This document shows, in pieces, positions 27,901 through 41,105 of a stretch of 64,000 bases of DNA. Origin of the DNA: Eledone cirrhosa (Eukaryota). Each line of letters opens with the position of its first letter. The first letter of the stretch is position 1. A program made the translations under genes and the position numbers. The stretch spans positions 376,154,001 through 376,218,000 of the forward strand of contig OZ024743.1 of assembly GCA_964016885.1 (NCBI GenBank), in the 5' to 3' direction. Under the pieces are notes generated by a model. That model saw only the letters and a program-made list of their open reading frames with translations, had not been told where the DNA came from and did not search any database.

Positions 27901-29435
27901 AACTAGAGAAAAACACAATGGAAAGCATCCAGAAAATAGCAAACTCCATCCACCAGAGCATTAGAGTTACTATAGACTACCCAAGTAAACATCCCAACCA
28001 TCGATTACCTGTACTAGACACAGAGCTCTGGTTAGATACCATTAACAACAAAAAACAAATCCTCCATTCCCATTATGCCAAACCCATGACTTCCAAACAT
28101 CTGATCCACCGAAACTCGGCCGTTTCGGACCATACCAAAATCAACATACTGATTGCGGATTTGGTACGGGTGATGAGAAACGTGTCCCGCATGTGCAACC
28201 CAGAAGAACTAGAGAGACACATACAACACTTCATCCACCGTATGCAGTTCTCTGGCTACAATCAGAGAGATAAAATCAGAGTGTATAGAGGAGCCAGAAC
28301 CAAATTGGAAAAAATGGTAAATAATGACATAAATGGGACCTGCCCCTTGTATAGGAGCAAATTTTGGAATAGAATAGAAAGAACTAGGAACAAGGCTAAT
28401 AGAATAAACTCATGGTATGATAGCAATAAATACCAGAGTGTAATGTTCATCGATACAACCCCTAGAAGGGAATTAGCTTACAAATTTAGAAGGGCCCTAA
28501 ACAAACATAAACTCAATATTAAGATAGTAGAAAGACCAGGTACCTCCGTAAAAACACTCATTAGCAAGACATACCCTTTTCAAAGACCCTCATGTATAGA
28601 TAAGAAATGTATAACCTGTAAAATAAGCCCCCATATTAACTGCAAAACTAGAAATGTAGTGTATAGCATAAGATGTACTGAAGGACAATGTAGAGACAAA
28701 AATATAGTGTACATAGGTGAGACAACTCGTAGTGTAGGAGAACGGATAAATGAACACTGGCGAGACCTTCAAGATAGTAAAGAATCATCTGTACTCTACC
28801 AACATGCTAAAATAGAACACAAGGGTAAATTAGAGAACATAGAAATAAAAATAGAATCTACACACAGAAAAGACGCAATGTTTAGACAAATTATAGAAGC
28901 AATAAACATAAAAGAATTACAACCAAAATTAAATAGAAAATATGAGTGGAACAGCAACATCACAAATTACAATTAAGGACAAAATGAAAACACACACACA
29001 CATAGAACAAACAACCAACCAGTAACATGTAAATAAACAAATAAATAAATGAACATAAACACACACAGACACCCGGATGTGGCGCATGCGCAGACTGAGC
29101 ACACAACACACACACAGAAACAAAATGGCGTAGGACAGAACAAAGGAGAGGCACAGAAACAAAGAAAGGAATCCCCAGTCACTAAAGAGGTCACAGAGTG
29201 TGTGACGAAAGAACTATGACAATATATAAACAACTATCTGGTTGTGGAACCAACCAACCAACCAACCAGAAATTTATAAATTTATAAATTTATTATAAAT
29301 TTATTATAATAAATTGAAGTGAAAGCAACTGGTGCGTGTGTTTCTTATTGGCAACATGACCCTCCCAAAGTATAACAATATCGGTTTCAACACACGATTT
29401 CAGATAAAGAATCTTGCTAAACAAATTCAGAAACG

Positions 29436-29440
<5 letters not shown>
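24994..29440 (+). mobile_element. Full-length PLE family C (Nematis-like): inverted pLTR, partial tandem pLTR, ORF and 3' pLTR
   Basis: 24994-25268 is inverted relative to the 3' pLTR. 25269-25345 is a direct copy of 29364-29440. (TA)n lies on both sides. Confidence 0.95.
25269..28976 (+). pseudogene. PLE RT plus GIY-YIG polyprotein, ~1230 codons, with one in-frame TGA (25402) and one frameshift (~27820)
   Basis: The frame is open from 25405 into 25801. Motifs DKSG, LYGLRKDHK, RPV, SMDVVSLYPSI, QEEGAAIG, RYVDD, CIDKKCITC..C and VVYSIRC..YIGET..R..EH. Confidence 0.93.
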
Positions 29441-29495
<55 letters not shown>

Positions 29496-29768
29496 GTATA
29501 TAGTAAAAATAATAAATATATATATATATATTTCAATAAATACACACACACACACACACATATATATACACATACATATACATACATACATACGCATATA
29601 TACATACATATATATATAATATGTAGGCGTAATCAAAGTACTCAATAAATTGGTAGAGTATAGGTATATTTATTATATATAGAAATTACTTCTACAGGAC
29701 TAGAACTGTTTCATTCGTATGAAATTATCAGGACATTCCTGTAGAAGTCATTTCTGTATGTTATAAAG

Positions 29769-29851
<83 letters not shown>

Positions 29852-29859
29852 AATAAATG

Positions 29860-30432
29860 GGGAAACCACCGAAGCTATGTTCGTTCTGTTTGACATGCTT
29901 CGCCTCCTAATTATATATATGGAGGCTTGTGACAGAAACAAGTGGAGAAGACAAATATATAAAGGATGCCGATGCAAAGAAAATAAGGTGGGCAAAGATT
30001 AAAAGAGCTGCCCGCAAGGGAGAGAAAGTAGACCCGGTGGTTCCTCAGTTTGTTTGCTATGAGTATAACCGAATATGCCTGTCAAACATAGGACTCCACA
30101 TCCACACCAGGAGTTACATAGAAAACACGCCAACAGAGGATGCCAAGTTCATTGTTGTAGACTCATTTATTTGTGATGTATGCGGTAAAACCTGCTCTGG
30201 AAACACAAGATACTTAAAGACCCATAAGGATCTTCCAGTTGAGGGGCCTATCCATCAGGTTGTAAATATAGTTTATGATTTAGTGTGTAGACTTTGTGGT
30301 CAATTCTATAAGTCTCTTGCCGGCTTCAAAAGTCATTGTCGATCTCACGTTCATAGGAGCAACCAAACTGTGAATCAATCTATCAGCGATGGTCGTGTTC
30401 GGCTAATGAGTGGACAGCCATCATTTATGTAT
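29860..30432 (+). pseudogene. 3' end of a decayed RTE LINE with three C2H2-like fingers and a terminal stem-loop
   Basis: Motifs DRNKWR, CYEYNRICLSNIGLHIH, CDVCGKTC and CRLCGQFYKSLAGFKSHCRSH. It parallels the C-terminus of 34183-37728. Confidence 0.85.
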
Positions 30433-30433
30433 G

Positions 30434-32184
30434 TTCTTCTGGTTTTATAATTTCACAAAGTTTTACCAATAGAGAGAGAGTCGGTTTCTAACATAGACAC
30501 AAGACTCTCTCATTGGAATTTACACAACATCAACTAGGTAGATATGTATGTATGCATGTGTAGATATGTATGTATGTTTGTATGTATGTATGTATATATG
30601 TATGTATGTGTGTGTGTATGTATGTTCTTCTGGTTTTATAATTTCACAAATTTTTTACCAATAGAGAGAGAGAGTCGGTTTCTAACATAGACACAAGACT
30701 CATTTGAATTTACACATCAACTCGGTAGATTATGTCTGCATGTCTGCATGTGTAGATATGGATGTTATTGTATGTGTGTATGTGTATGTTTTGAGTTGTA
30801 TGATTTGTATCTGTACATGTGTATATGCAGTTATTAGACGCAACATTTTTGGAATGTTTTACATAGTTTTACTGTTCCATTAATGGATTGTACTTGTAAT
30901 TTCCTAACTAGTTGTGTTCTTTCTGTTCCTGTGAAGCCTAGCTTTTCAAGATTTGTATTGAGGCAGTTACTTATCATCATCATCATTCGTCGACTACTGT
31001 CGAGATGATGGATCTCAGTCTCATGCCTCAGAATTCCCTGTCCCCCATCGCCGCCCCCAGGTCCTGTCTACTGACTCCCGTATCCCTAGATATAACGTCA
31101 GGGAATGACAGCTTCCTACTCCTAGTCAGGCTGGAGTCAGGGCACCAATAATCACAGGCATAAATCTGAAGGTGTAATCAGGGTGGAGTATCTGCAGATT
31201 TCTCATCAGTTCTGCATAAATATTCTCCTTTTCACTAATCTTTGATATTATATTGGCATCTGCTGGGCAGCTAATTTTCACTACTGTGCATGCTTTCTTC
31301 TCCCTGTTCCATATCATAATATCTGGTCTGTTATGCCTGCATTTTATTGGGGTTTTTACTGGAACATTCCACCTGTACTCTTTCATATTATGTACATGGA
31401 TGTCTTCCACATTGTTGTAGCTTTTAATGTGTTTATTATCGGGGCTATCTTTTTTACGAACTGCATTGTACAGTGTTTTGGCCACTACATCATGCTTCAT
31501 AGATAGATAGTACCGCGATGACATCTTTGGGCAGCTGCTGATGACATGGGTGATATCCTCGATGTTAGTTCTGCAGAGTCTGCACTTCTTATCACATCTA
31601 GGTGTTTTGCCTGCATCCCTATCTCTTTTGTGAATCAGGTATTTCGTGCTAATCTCCTGTTCTTGGATTGCAAAAGCGTATCCTTCAAAGTTGCAGCCAA
31701 TATAGCGGTTAATGGTCCAATATAGACTACTTTCCTTATCTATATTACTCTCACTCTGGATCTTCATGGCAAACATATCCATGCATGATTTTTTGATGAT
31801 AAGCATGCAGTTTTTCATCCATGGATTCACTGCGATACTGCTGAGCGATATCTCTGGGTGTGAGTTTTTGATTATCACACAGGGAATATCTCTCGAAGAA
31901 TTCCTTCCCAACTCTCATGATCTTATCTGTTTCATGCAGATAGACTTGCTCGAGAAACGGGCTCCTACGCTTCGAGGTTCGTAGATGTTGTCGGAGAGAT
32001 ATGATGCAACATTAAAATGTTGTCTGGACTGATGTTAGGTCTCTGCCTCCCTGTTTACGTTTCAAGTAAAGGCGGTCTATGTCACTGTTGATGTGGAAGT
32101 TTCCGGTGTTGTTTAGTATTTTTAGAGTTCCAACATCAACTGCTCGGATTTCGTCTATCGTCCAATTGAGTATTCCAAACGTTG
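30434..32184 (-). mobile_element. Two 5'-truncated copies (30434-~30560 and 30625-32184) of the R4-type RLE LINE at 41106-45215
   Basis: Highly similar to 41106-42534. Motifs CRLC..HVISSC and RPDI..SCP..K. (TATG)n lies at both ends. Confidence 0.92.
30973..31143 (-). mobile_element. Short RTE 3' end with (GAT)n tail nested in the R4-type copy
   Basis: It is absent from the 41480 copy. It translates to LSFPDVISRDTG..DLGAAMGDRE, similar to the end of 5775-6194. Confidence 0.7.
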
Positions 32185-32186
32185 TG

Positions 32187-32220
<34 letters not shown>

Positions 32221-32380
32221 TGTATGTATGTATGTATGTATGTATGTATGTATGTATGTATGTATGTATGTATGTATGTATGTGTGTGTGTGTGTGTGTG
32301 TGTGTGAGTGTGTGTATGTATGTATGCATGTATGTATGTATGTATGTATGTATGTATGTATGTATGTATGTATGTATGTA

Positions 32381-32455
<75 letters not shown>

Positions 32456-33305
32456 ATGTATGCATGTATGTATGCATGTATGTGTGTATGTATGTGTGTG
32501 TGTGTGTATGTATGTATGCATGCATGTATGTATGTATGTATGTATGTATGTATATATGTATGTATGTATGTAGGGAGCTTATAGATAGGACAACACACGC
32601 TGTCTCTTCGTGGGGTAAGTTTTTAATTAATTTTTGTATTCTGAAACATCAAAATACAACAATTTGTTGGTTACTGGACTCGGGAATGTCACGACAGAAG
32701 TTTGTGGAAGTTACACAAATATTTTAGTATATTTTAGCAGAGCAATCCTTATTTATATTTTACATTTACTTACATCTCAATATAACATGGCTAGAATTCA
32801 AATTTTGCTAAGAGAAGAAAACGGTCAAATGAACTAGATACATCTCACTGTCCACACCACCACAATAACGTCTACACTCTCTCCCCACCATCACATGTCA
32901 TTACCATACCATACCCTATCGAGACTAAAGTCATCGACCTGTTGTCAAACCCTCTACTCTCTGATGAATGTATATATATATATGTGTGTGTATGTATATG
33001 TGTGTATATACATCACTCATATGTGTGTGTATGTATATGTGTGTATATACATCACTCAGTCAAACAACCAGATTTCAACCCCAACATCTACAACAACAAC
33101 AACACCGGCACTAATGTTTACAGCAACAACAGCTTCAGAATGAACTGAAATGAACATTTACAACAATTACAACAACAACAACAACAGCGGCATCAAAACA
33201 TAAAAAAAGGAAGGGAAAAGAAAAAAGAAAAGGGAAGGGGAAAAAAAAAAAAAAAAAAAAAAAAAAGGGAGAAAAAAAGAAAGGAAAAGAAAAACTCAAA
33301 ATAAC

Positions 33306-33344
<39 letters not shown>

Positions 33345-34098
33345 CAGAACAACAACATCAACTGCCACCACCGCCACCGCCGTCGCCATCACCATCACCA
33401 GCGACCTTAAGAACAACTTTAATAATAATTTTTCTGCTTTTGGCACGGATCCAGCGACTGGCCAGCGCATCACTGGTACTCTCTTTTGTTGACTCCGTGG
33501 AGAGCCATAACTCTATGCTGTAAAGCAATTATAGTAATACTGGACTGTAATACGATCGGCTTCAACTATACAAACTCTTGAAAGTCAACAGTTGACATAA
33601 TCTGGTAATCTTGTATCAGTAATGACGGTAATATATATATATATATGTGTGTGTGTGCGTGTAAGTGAGTAGAGTAGCGTGTGTGTGTGTTTGTTGTGTG
33701 TGTGAGTGTTGCTGTGTGCACGCATATGTATGCGTGTGTGTGTATGTCGTACGTATAAGTGTCAATAAGTAATTTTTTTTTTTTTTTTTTTTTTTGCGCG
33801 GGGACATAGAAATAATCGGGCTGGATGCCCGATCGCGCAGTTAAACCACTGGGAGTGAAGAACCCCTAGCCCATGTCAGGGTATTCTTCTAGGAGAAGGC
33901 ATCTCAGGAAACTGGGTTAACTCCGATATAAAACCTGCGGCTCAGTAGTTACTGATGATGTTGATCTTTTCTTCTTTTCGGGTTATAGCTACTGTCGCTC
34001 AGAGAGTGGGATTGGTTCAGTGCACAGTCTTTCCTCACTTTAAAAATATTCGTCACGCACAGGCATTGCACGAGTGCATTAATAATTATTAATAGTGT

Positions 34099-34133
<35 letters not shown>

Positions 34134-34138
34134 TATTA

Positions 34139-34174
<36 letters not shown>

Positions 34175-34182
34175 CCAATTCA

Positions 34183-37100
34183 ATGATGTTCCAGAACAAT
34201 GTAAACGAGATAATTGCCAATTTGGGTTCTGGAACAAAAGAGATCATTGGCAATAAGGGCAGGGGCCCCAAGTTATCACAACCTGGGCCCGCCCGTCATC
34301 GTGCCATTGTAATAGAGCCAAACAGGGCATTTAGTCTTGGCTGCTGGAACGTACGGACGCTGCTTGACGGGGATTCTTTGGAGCGTCCTGAACGAAGGAC
34401 CGCTCTTGTTGCGAGGGAGCTTCGACGTTACGATCTTGACATCGTGGCTTTGTCTGAGACGAGGTTAGCTGGAGATGGTCATCTTGCGGAATTTTGTGGA
34501 GAATATACATTCTTCTGGAAAGGAAGAGATGAAGGAACCAGAAGAGAGGCTGGGGTGGGATTTGCTGTTAAGACTGTACTGGTGAATAAATTAGAAGAAT
34601 TCCCAGTGGGGATTAGTGAGCGTCTTATGTCCATGAGAGTTCCGCTGGACAAGGGAAGATATGCTACCCTGGTGAGTGTGTATGCTCCAACTATGAATTC
34701 TGTCGATGAAGAAAAACTGTCCTTTTACCATGCCTTGAAAGGTGTTTTAAGAAATATCCCTCAGGCAGACAAAGTCATCGTGCTTGGTGACTTTAATGCT
34801 AGAGTGGGTAGGGATTTTAACACATGGAATGTAATCGGAAGGCATGGGGTGGGAAAGTGTAACAGCAATGGTATGCTCTTGCTGCAGATGTGTGAGGAGC
34901 TAGATCTGTGTGTTACCAACACCATGTTCCAACAAAAGAACAAATTCAAGACCACATGGATGCATCCTGCATCTAAGGAATGGCATCTTTTGGACTACGT
35001 CCTAGTCAGGATGCGTGACAGACAGGATGTGCAGTGTGTTCGTGTTCTTCGTGGAGCTGAGTGCTGGACGGACCACCGCCTGGTGCGCGCAAAAGTGAAT
35101 CTAATCACCAAACGTAAAATCCGGGCTCCTGGTGTTACCCTGCCCAAAAGATTGAATGCTGCTCGTCTTAAGGATAAAAATGTGAAGAGGACATTGGAAG
35201 AAGAGATGCAGGCTGCAGATCTTGGTGAGGATTGGCCGACCCTTAAAAAGTCGGTTTATGATGTAGGCAGGCGTGTTCTGGGATTGGTGCAGAGAAAACA
35301 TCAGGACTGGTTTAATGAGAATGATGTACATATAGAAGACTTGTTGGCTGATAAGAGGCGTGCTCTGTCACGCTACTTGACGGCAAAACCACAGGAGAGG
35401 AATACGTTGCATGAGGAGCTCAGGGATGTAAAATCACGTGTTAGGCGGAGTCTTTCTCAGATGAAGGATCAGTGGTGGAGTGAGAAGGCTGGTGAGATAC
35501 AAACTGCGTCTGATTGCAATAACACAAAGCTGTTGTACAGTCTCTTGCGTGAGGTTTATGGACCGTCTTCTTCTCTGGTGACACCGATTCGCAGCAGGGA
35601 TGGCAAAGAACTTCTTCGTGACTCACAGGGAATTCTACGAAGGTGGCGAGAGCACTTTGATGATCTTTTGAATCAGCCGTCTGTCGTCAGTGAAGATTTC
35701 CTCAATCTCATTCCGGAAAGTCCTGTGAAAGTAGCTCTCGCAGAACCTCCGACACTTGTGGAGGTTGCAGTGGCTATTTCGAAGCTGAACAGTGGAAGAT
35801 CTCCAGGTATGGATGGCATACATGCTGAGCTCCTACAATATGGTGGTGAGAGACTCCTGCAACATCTTCACTCTCTGTTTGGAAGGATATGGGCTAATGA
35901 ATCCGTGCCTGAGGACTGGAGAGATGCAGTAATGGTGGTCTTGTACAAGGGAAAGGGTAACAGGAATGATTGTGGGAACTACAGAGGTATATCATTGCTT
36001 TCTGTCGTGGGGAAAGTTTTATGTAGGGTGCTTCTGGACCGTCTGCTGACACACATTGCAGATTGTGTCCTTCCTGAAAGTCAATCTGGTTTTCGTGTTG
36101 GACGCGGCACTACTGATATGATCTTCTCAGCTAGACAGCTCCAGGAGAAGTGCATTGAACAGGGCTTGGATCTGTATCAGGTTTTTGTCGATCTGACAAA
36201 GGCTTTCGATACTGTCAACAGAGATGCATTATGGAAGATTCTCCAGAAACTTGGTTGCCCTGATAAGTTCCTTGCTTTAGTTAGGTCTTTCCATGACGAC
36301 ATGAGGGCTTGGGTTAATGTCGGAGGTAACATGTCGGAGCCTATCTCAGTAAAAAATGGAGTGAAACAGGGGGATATTCCAGCACCGACCCTGTTTGCCA
36401 TATACTTTGCAATGGTTTTCTGTGTTGCATTCAGGAATTGCGAGCATGGTGTTTACATCCGATATCGAACCTCAGGCAGCATATTTAACATCAGGCGCTT
36501 TGCTGCGAAGACAAAGGTATTTACATCGGTCATAAGAGACCTCTTGTATGCAGATGATTGCGATCTTGTAGCGCACACAGAGAGTGATATGCAGCACATT
36601 TTGAATGTATTTTCTGACGCTTGCACTGCCCTGGGTTTGACTGTCAGTCTCAAGAAAACCGTCGTCATGTACCAACCTGCACCTGGTAGGCAGTACACTG
36701 AACCAAACATCTATGTGTATGGCAAACGACTTGGAGTGGTTGATCAGTTTGTCTACCTGGGAAGCACTGTCAATCGATACGGCAACCTTGACAGTGAAAT
36801 CTCACTTAGGATTAGGAAAGCAAGTGATGCTTTCGGAAAGCTAGAAAGGCGACTCTGGGGTCGGCGAGACATATGCAGGAGGACAAAGGTAAGGGTGTAC
36901 AGGGCATGTGTACTCTCTTGTCTTCTTTATGCCTGCGAGACCTGGGTCACATATCGACGCCACCTTAGGCAATTGGAGCGTTTCCATCAGATGTGTCTCA
37001 GACGGATACATGGCGTTCGCTGGAGGGACCACATCAGTGATGTCGAGATTTTGGAAAGCTCTATGTGTGACAGTATAGAAGCTCTTGTGCTTAAGCAGCG

Positions 37101-37728
37101 ACTCCGTTGGAGTGGTCACCTTGCCAGGATGAAGGATTCTAGAATACCAAAACAACTCTTCTATGGAGAGTTGGTTAAAGGAAAACGACCGCCACATAAA
37201 CCAAAAAAGAGGTATAAGGATTCCTTGAAGGCCTCTCTGAAAGACGCTAACATCTCTGCTGATACATGGGAAAATATTGCTGCTGATCGTAATAAATGGA
37301 GAAAGACTGTATATGAGGGAAAAGTTGCCTTTGAGGCATCTCGAATCGCACACGAGAAAGTAAAGCGGGACGTGAGGAAGGGTATTGCTGTTGCACTTCC
37401 AGACGGCGAGGGTCCTCCTATGTTTCTGACATGCAGCGTCTGTGCGAGACTCTGCCTAAGCAAAGCTGGACTCGAAAGTCATCTTCGCAGTCATAAAGTA
37501 AGACCAGTGGTTGACTACCAGGCTGCTGTTGGAGATGCTACTCATCATGCTTGCCAAACATGTGGTAGAGAATGTAAATCAGCAGGAGGACTCAAGCGAC
37601 ATGCAAAAGTACACGAACTCCAACCACAGCCGACTATTCCCAGTAAATGTTTTGGTTGCCGACTCTGTGCAAGACATTTTAGATCATTGGCTGGGCTAAA
37701 AAGCCACATTCGATCGCAGCACTGTTAG
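34183..37728 (+). CDS. RTE-clade LINE protein: APE endonuclease, reverse transcriptase and three C-terminal C2H2 zinc fingers (uninterrupted, 1181 aa)
   Basis: EN motifs GCWNVRTL, LSETR, YAPT, GDFNA, LDY, TDH. RT motifs PGMDG, YRGISLL, QSGFR, FVDLTKAFD, GVKQG, YADD. Cx2C-x12-Hx3-4H occurs three times. Confidence 0.97.
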   Translation: MMFQNNVNEIIANLGSGTKEIIGNKGRGPKLSQPGPARHRAIVIEPNRAFSLGCWNVRTLLDGDSLERPERRTALVARELRRYDLDIVALSETRLAGDGHLAEFCGEYTFFWKGRDEGTRREAGVGFAVKTVLVNKLEEFPVGISERLMSMRVPLDKGRYATLVSVYAPTMNSVDEEKLSFYHALKGVLRNIPQADKVIVLGDFNARVGRDFNTWNVIGRHGVGKCNSNGMLLLQMCEELDLCVTNTMFQQKNKFKTTWMHPASKEWHLLDYVLVRMRDRQDVQCVRVLRGAECWTDHRLVRAKVNLITKRKIRAPGVTLPKRLNAARLKDKNVKRTLEEEMQAADLGEDWPTLKKSVYDVGRRVLGLVQRKHQDWFNENDVHIEDLLADKRRALSRYLTAKPQERNTLHEELRDVKSRVRRSLSQMKDQWWSEKAGEIQTASDCNNTKLLYSLLREVYGPSSSLVTPIRSRDGKELLRDSQGILRRWREHFDDLLNQPSVVSEDFLNLIPESPVKVALAEPPTLVEVAVAISKLNSGRSPGMDGIHAELLQYGGERLLQHLHSLFGRIWANESVPEDWRDAVMVVLYKGKGNRNDCGNYRGISLLSVVGKVLCRVLLDRLLTHIADCVLPESQSGFRVGRGTTDMIFSARQLQEKCIEQGLDLYQVFVDLTKAFDTVNRDALWKILQKLGCPDKFLALVRSFHDDMRAWVNVGGNMSEPISVKNGVKQGDIPAPTLFAIYFAMVFCVAFRNCEHGVYIRYRTSGSIFNIRRFAAKTKVFTSVIRDLLYADDCDLVAHTESDMQHILNVFSDACTALGLTVSLKKTVVMYQPAPGRQYTEPNIYVYGKRLGVVDQFVYLGSTVNRYGNLDSEISLRIRKASDAFGKLERRLWGRRDICRRTKVRVYRACVLSCLLYACETWVTYRRHLRQLERFHQMCLRRIHGVRWRDHISDVEILESSMCDSIEALVLKQRLRWSGHLARMKDSRIPKQLFYGELVKGKRPPHKPKKRYKDSLKASLKDANISADTWENIAADRNKWRKTVYEGKVAFEASRIAHEKVKRDVRKGIAVALPDGEGPPMFLTCSVCARLCLSKAGLESHLRSHKVRPVVDYQAAVGDATHHACQTCGRECKSAGGLKRHAKVHELQPQPTIPSKCFGCRLCARHFRSLAGLKSHIRSQHC

Positions 37729-37736
37729 TTGCTATC

Positions 37737-37774
<38 letters not shown>

Positions 37775-37875
37775 GCTTATGTGCGTGCGTGTGTGTGTAT
37801 ATATATATGAATATGTATATTATTGTTGTTGTTGTCGTTATTAATATTATTGCTATTATTATTATTATTATTATT

Positions 37876-39512
37876 TGCATTTATCTTGCTTTATGTTTAT
37901 ACGAGTTATCACCAAGTCACAACCAGTGACCTCAAGAGACAACAAGGTCCGCCATGTTCAAGAAAGAACACACATATTCACACATGCATCCTTAGTGTTT
38001 AGACTTGTGATGTACTTATATTGACAGGATCTTCCTTAGTATATGGGCAGTTCCCATTAGTACTATCTTTTGTATTTCTCCTATACGCGGGTTTCCTGGG
38101 ATTTGCGATAAGTAGTCGTTAGACCCCTTAGGTATCATTCCCAGAGCGCCTACAACCACTGGTATTGTTTTAGTTCTCAATTTCCACATTTTTCCAATTT
38201 CTATCTCCAGGTCCTTATACTTGCTCAATTTTTCAAATGTTTTTATAGATACATTCTTGTCTATTGGAACAGACATATCAATTAGCAGGCATACCCTCCT
38301 TCTTTGAAAGTCCTTCAATATTATATCAGGTCTATTTGCATCTATTTTTCGGTCTGTTTGGATGCTAAAGTTCCACAAGATTGAGATGTGATCTTTTTCA
38401 AGTATGGGAAGTGGTTGATGCTCCCACCAATTCTTTTGATGGGGCAGGTCAAAATGCTTACACATTATCCAATGTATGTATTGTGCAGCTCTGTCATGCC
38501 TGTTTAGGTATTCGGTTGGAGCTATAGGACTGCACATTGAAATTATATGGTCAATGGTCTCTGGTTGTTTTTTGCATACACGGCATAATGGGCTGCACCC
38601 ATTTTTTATTATGTTGGCTTGGTAATTTTTTGTTGGCAGACACTGATCTTGTGCGGAGATAATCAGTCCTTCAGTCTCCGATTTCAGTCCAGAGGATGCC
38701 AACCACTGATGGGTTAAAGTTTTGTCAACATCAGGATTGTTAGCTCGCTCTGGGTATTTTCCATACAGAGGCTTTTCTTGCCATTTCTTAGCCAGTTTCT
38801 GTAGCAGTTCTTTCTTTGCAGTTACTTTTACCTGCTTTGCTTTTTCTGTGTTTTCCATTTCAGCAGTAAATGGGACTTCTGAAATTTGTAGTCCATTACT
38901 GTATCTTTGTGCATCTTTTGTAATGGAATATGATCTTTTGGTGCTTTCGTGTTTCAAAACGAGTTTGATCATCCAATCATGTGATTCCCTTAGATATGTG
39001 GATAATCCAATTGTTGCAGTTTTCAACGCAATGTCTAACTGGATTAACCCACGTCCTCCTTCTTTCCTAGGGAGATATATTCTATCTATGTCTGCCTTAG
39101 GGTGATGCATTCTGTGCATGGTTAAGAATTTTCGGATTTTTGTATCGAGCCTACGGATCTCTGTGCTTGACCAGTTGATGACATTGTAACTGTAGGTTAC
39201 TACTGGTATGGCAAGCGTGTTTATGGCATCGATCCTATTCCTTGCATTCAATTCCGTTCTTAAGATTGCTCTGACTCTGCGGTAACATTCCTTCCTTATC
39301 CTTTCCCTCATTGTCGAGTGCTTGATTCCGTCTCCTTCACAAACACCTAGATATTTGTAAGTTTGTTCTTGATCAAGCTCTCTTATCACGTTCCCCCGAT
39401 CAAGATTAATGTCTGAACTCTTCAGTAGCTTTCCTCTGGTGAACGTTGCTTTGGCGCATTTATCCAGTCCAAACTCCATTTTAATGTCATCACTGAACTG
39501 CTTCACAGTGGA
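37876..39512 (-). mobile_element. 5'-truncated Dong/R4-type non-LTR element in (TAA)n; ORF 38016-39506 covers RT end, CCHC and restriction-like endonuclease
   Basis: Motifs MEFGLDKC, YKYLG, RKEGGRGL, CRVC..ETIDHIISMC, RHD and RPDI..LIDMSVP..K..KY. (ATT)n lies on both sides. Confidence 0.93.
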
Positions 39513-39514
39513 TA

Positions 39515-39565
<51 letters not shown>

Positions 39566-39685
39566 GTTATTAATGTATGTGTGTATATATGTGTGAGTGT
39601 ATGTGTATGTATGTGTGTGTGTATATATGTATGTATGTGTATGTATGTGTGTGTATATATATGTGTATGTATATATATATGTATA

Positions 39686-39722
<37 letters not shown>

Positions 39723-39756
39723 TTTCCCTTTTTTTTTTTTTTTTTTTTTTTTTTTC

Positions 39757-39813
<57 letters not shown>

Positions 39814-40448
39814 TTTTTTTTTTTTATTTTTTTTTTATTTTATTTATTTTTTTTTTATTGTGCAATGGCCATACTCGATAACGAGGGGGCAGCCATCATG
39901 TATGTATGTATGTATGTATGTGTGTGTGTGTATGTGTTATCTCTTTCACTTAATTTCGAGTATATTTTTTTTGACCGGCCATCTTCCTGGTGGCAAGGTT
40001 GTAAAAGAAAAGAAATTGTCATCCTTTGAATCGCAAGAAAGTTTTGCATATTTTGAAGGTGCCAGCTATCACAGCCATTTGTAGACTATGAATTAGGGAG
40101 CTGCGCTTTTTGTCCGCAAATCCAAGTTCAGCCATACTTTGGTATATATGTGTGTGTATGTATGTATGTATGTATGTATGTATGTATGTATGTATGTATG
40201 TATGTATGTATGTATGTATGTATGTATGTATGTGTGTATGGACATGGACATGGATATAAAGTAGTGGCCGTACTCGAAAACAAGTTGGCAGCCACCATAT
40301 ATGTATGTATGTATATATATGTATATGTATGTATATATGTATGTATATATATGTATATGTATATATATATGTATATATATATGTATGTATGTATATATGT
40401 ATGTATTTATTTATGTATGTATGTATGTATATATTTATGTATGTATGT

Positions 40449-41054
40449 CAGGTCACCAGTTGGTGATACTGGTAACATGTATGCCAGTACAACCTGTCTC
40501 ATGGTTGGGTCGTTGGCGACTAAACTGGCAACCCCACCAAGGTTTCTTGGTGAGGAGGGTGACTTTGGACATCCTGCAGGACTAAAAACAAAACCTGTCA
40601 AAGGGCAAAGGAGCTCTTAAGAGTAAATGGCCATCCAAAACCACCGGGAGAGATGACCCCTTACCCTTTGTCAAGGCAGAATTCTTGGAGAAGGAAAACT
40701 CTGATACAACACCTGCAACTCTGATGGTATCCAATGATGTTGACTTGTTCTTCTTTTTGGTAAATATCATCTTGGTTAAGAGAGTGGGACTGGCTTTGTG
40801 CAATGCTTTTGCTCACTATAAAAGCTTCACGGCACAGGCATTGCTTTATGTCTGGAGATCTCATTGCACTTGTCGTCACATGGTACCATGGGCCCAGCAC
40901 TATGTGTCAATAATTGTCACAAGTGTAATGTTTGTACCAGAGTTTTCAAGTCGCTGGCTGGCCTAAAAAGTCAAACTCGTTCAGCGCATCGGTAGGAGTT
41001 CTCCTACATGGATATAAAGTAGTGGCCATACTCGAAAACGAGTTGGCAGCCACC
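40449..41054 (+). mobile_element. ~600-bp bipartite non-autonomous RTE derivative, copy A
   Basis: RTE-like 5' UTR joined to the last zinc finger and the 3' stem-loop, with a (TATG)n tail. It is highly similar to copies B and C. Confidence 0.85.
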
Positions 41055-41105
41055 ATGTATGTATGTATGTATGTATGTATGTATGTATGTATGTATGTAT
41101 GTATG

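Larger units (their letters stand above)
33796..39920 (+). mobile_element. RTE LINE: 5' UTR (33796-34080), ORF, microsatellite-rich 3' region and probable terminal stem-loop (39866-39900) with (TATG)n tail
   Basis: The 5' UTR is homologous to 40640-40845. The terminal motif tggccatactcg..cgag..gcagcca is shared with the derivatives. Assigning this 3' end to this copy is inferred. Confidence 0.75.

Noticed and set aside
29929-30450. Host C2H2 zinc-finger gene
   Set aside because: It is collinear with the RTE C-terminus, has lost zinc ligands, and ends in an RTE 3' stem-loop.
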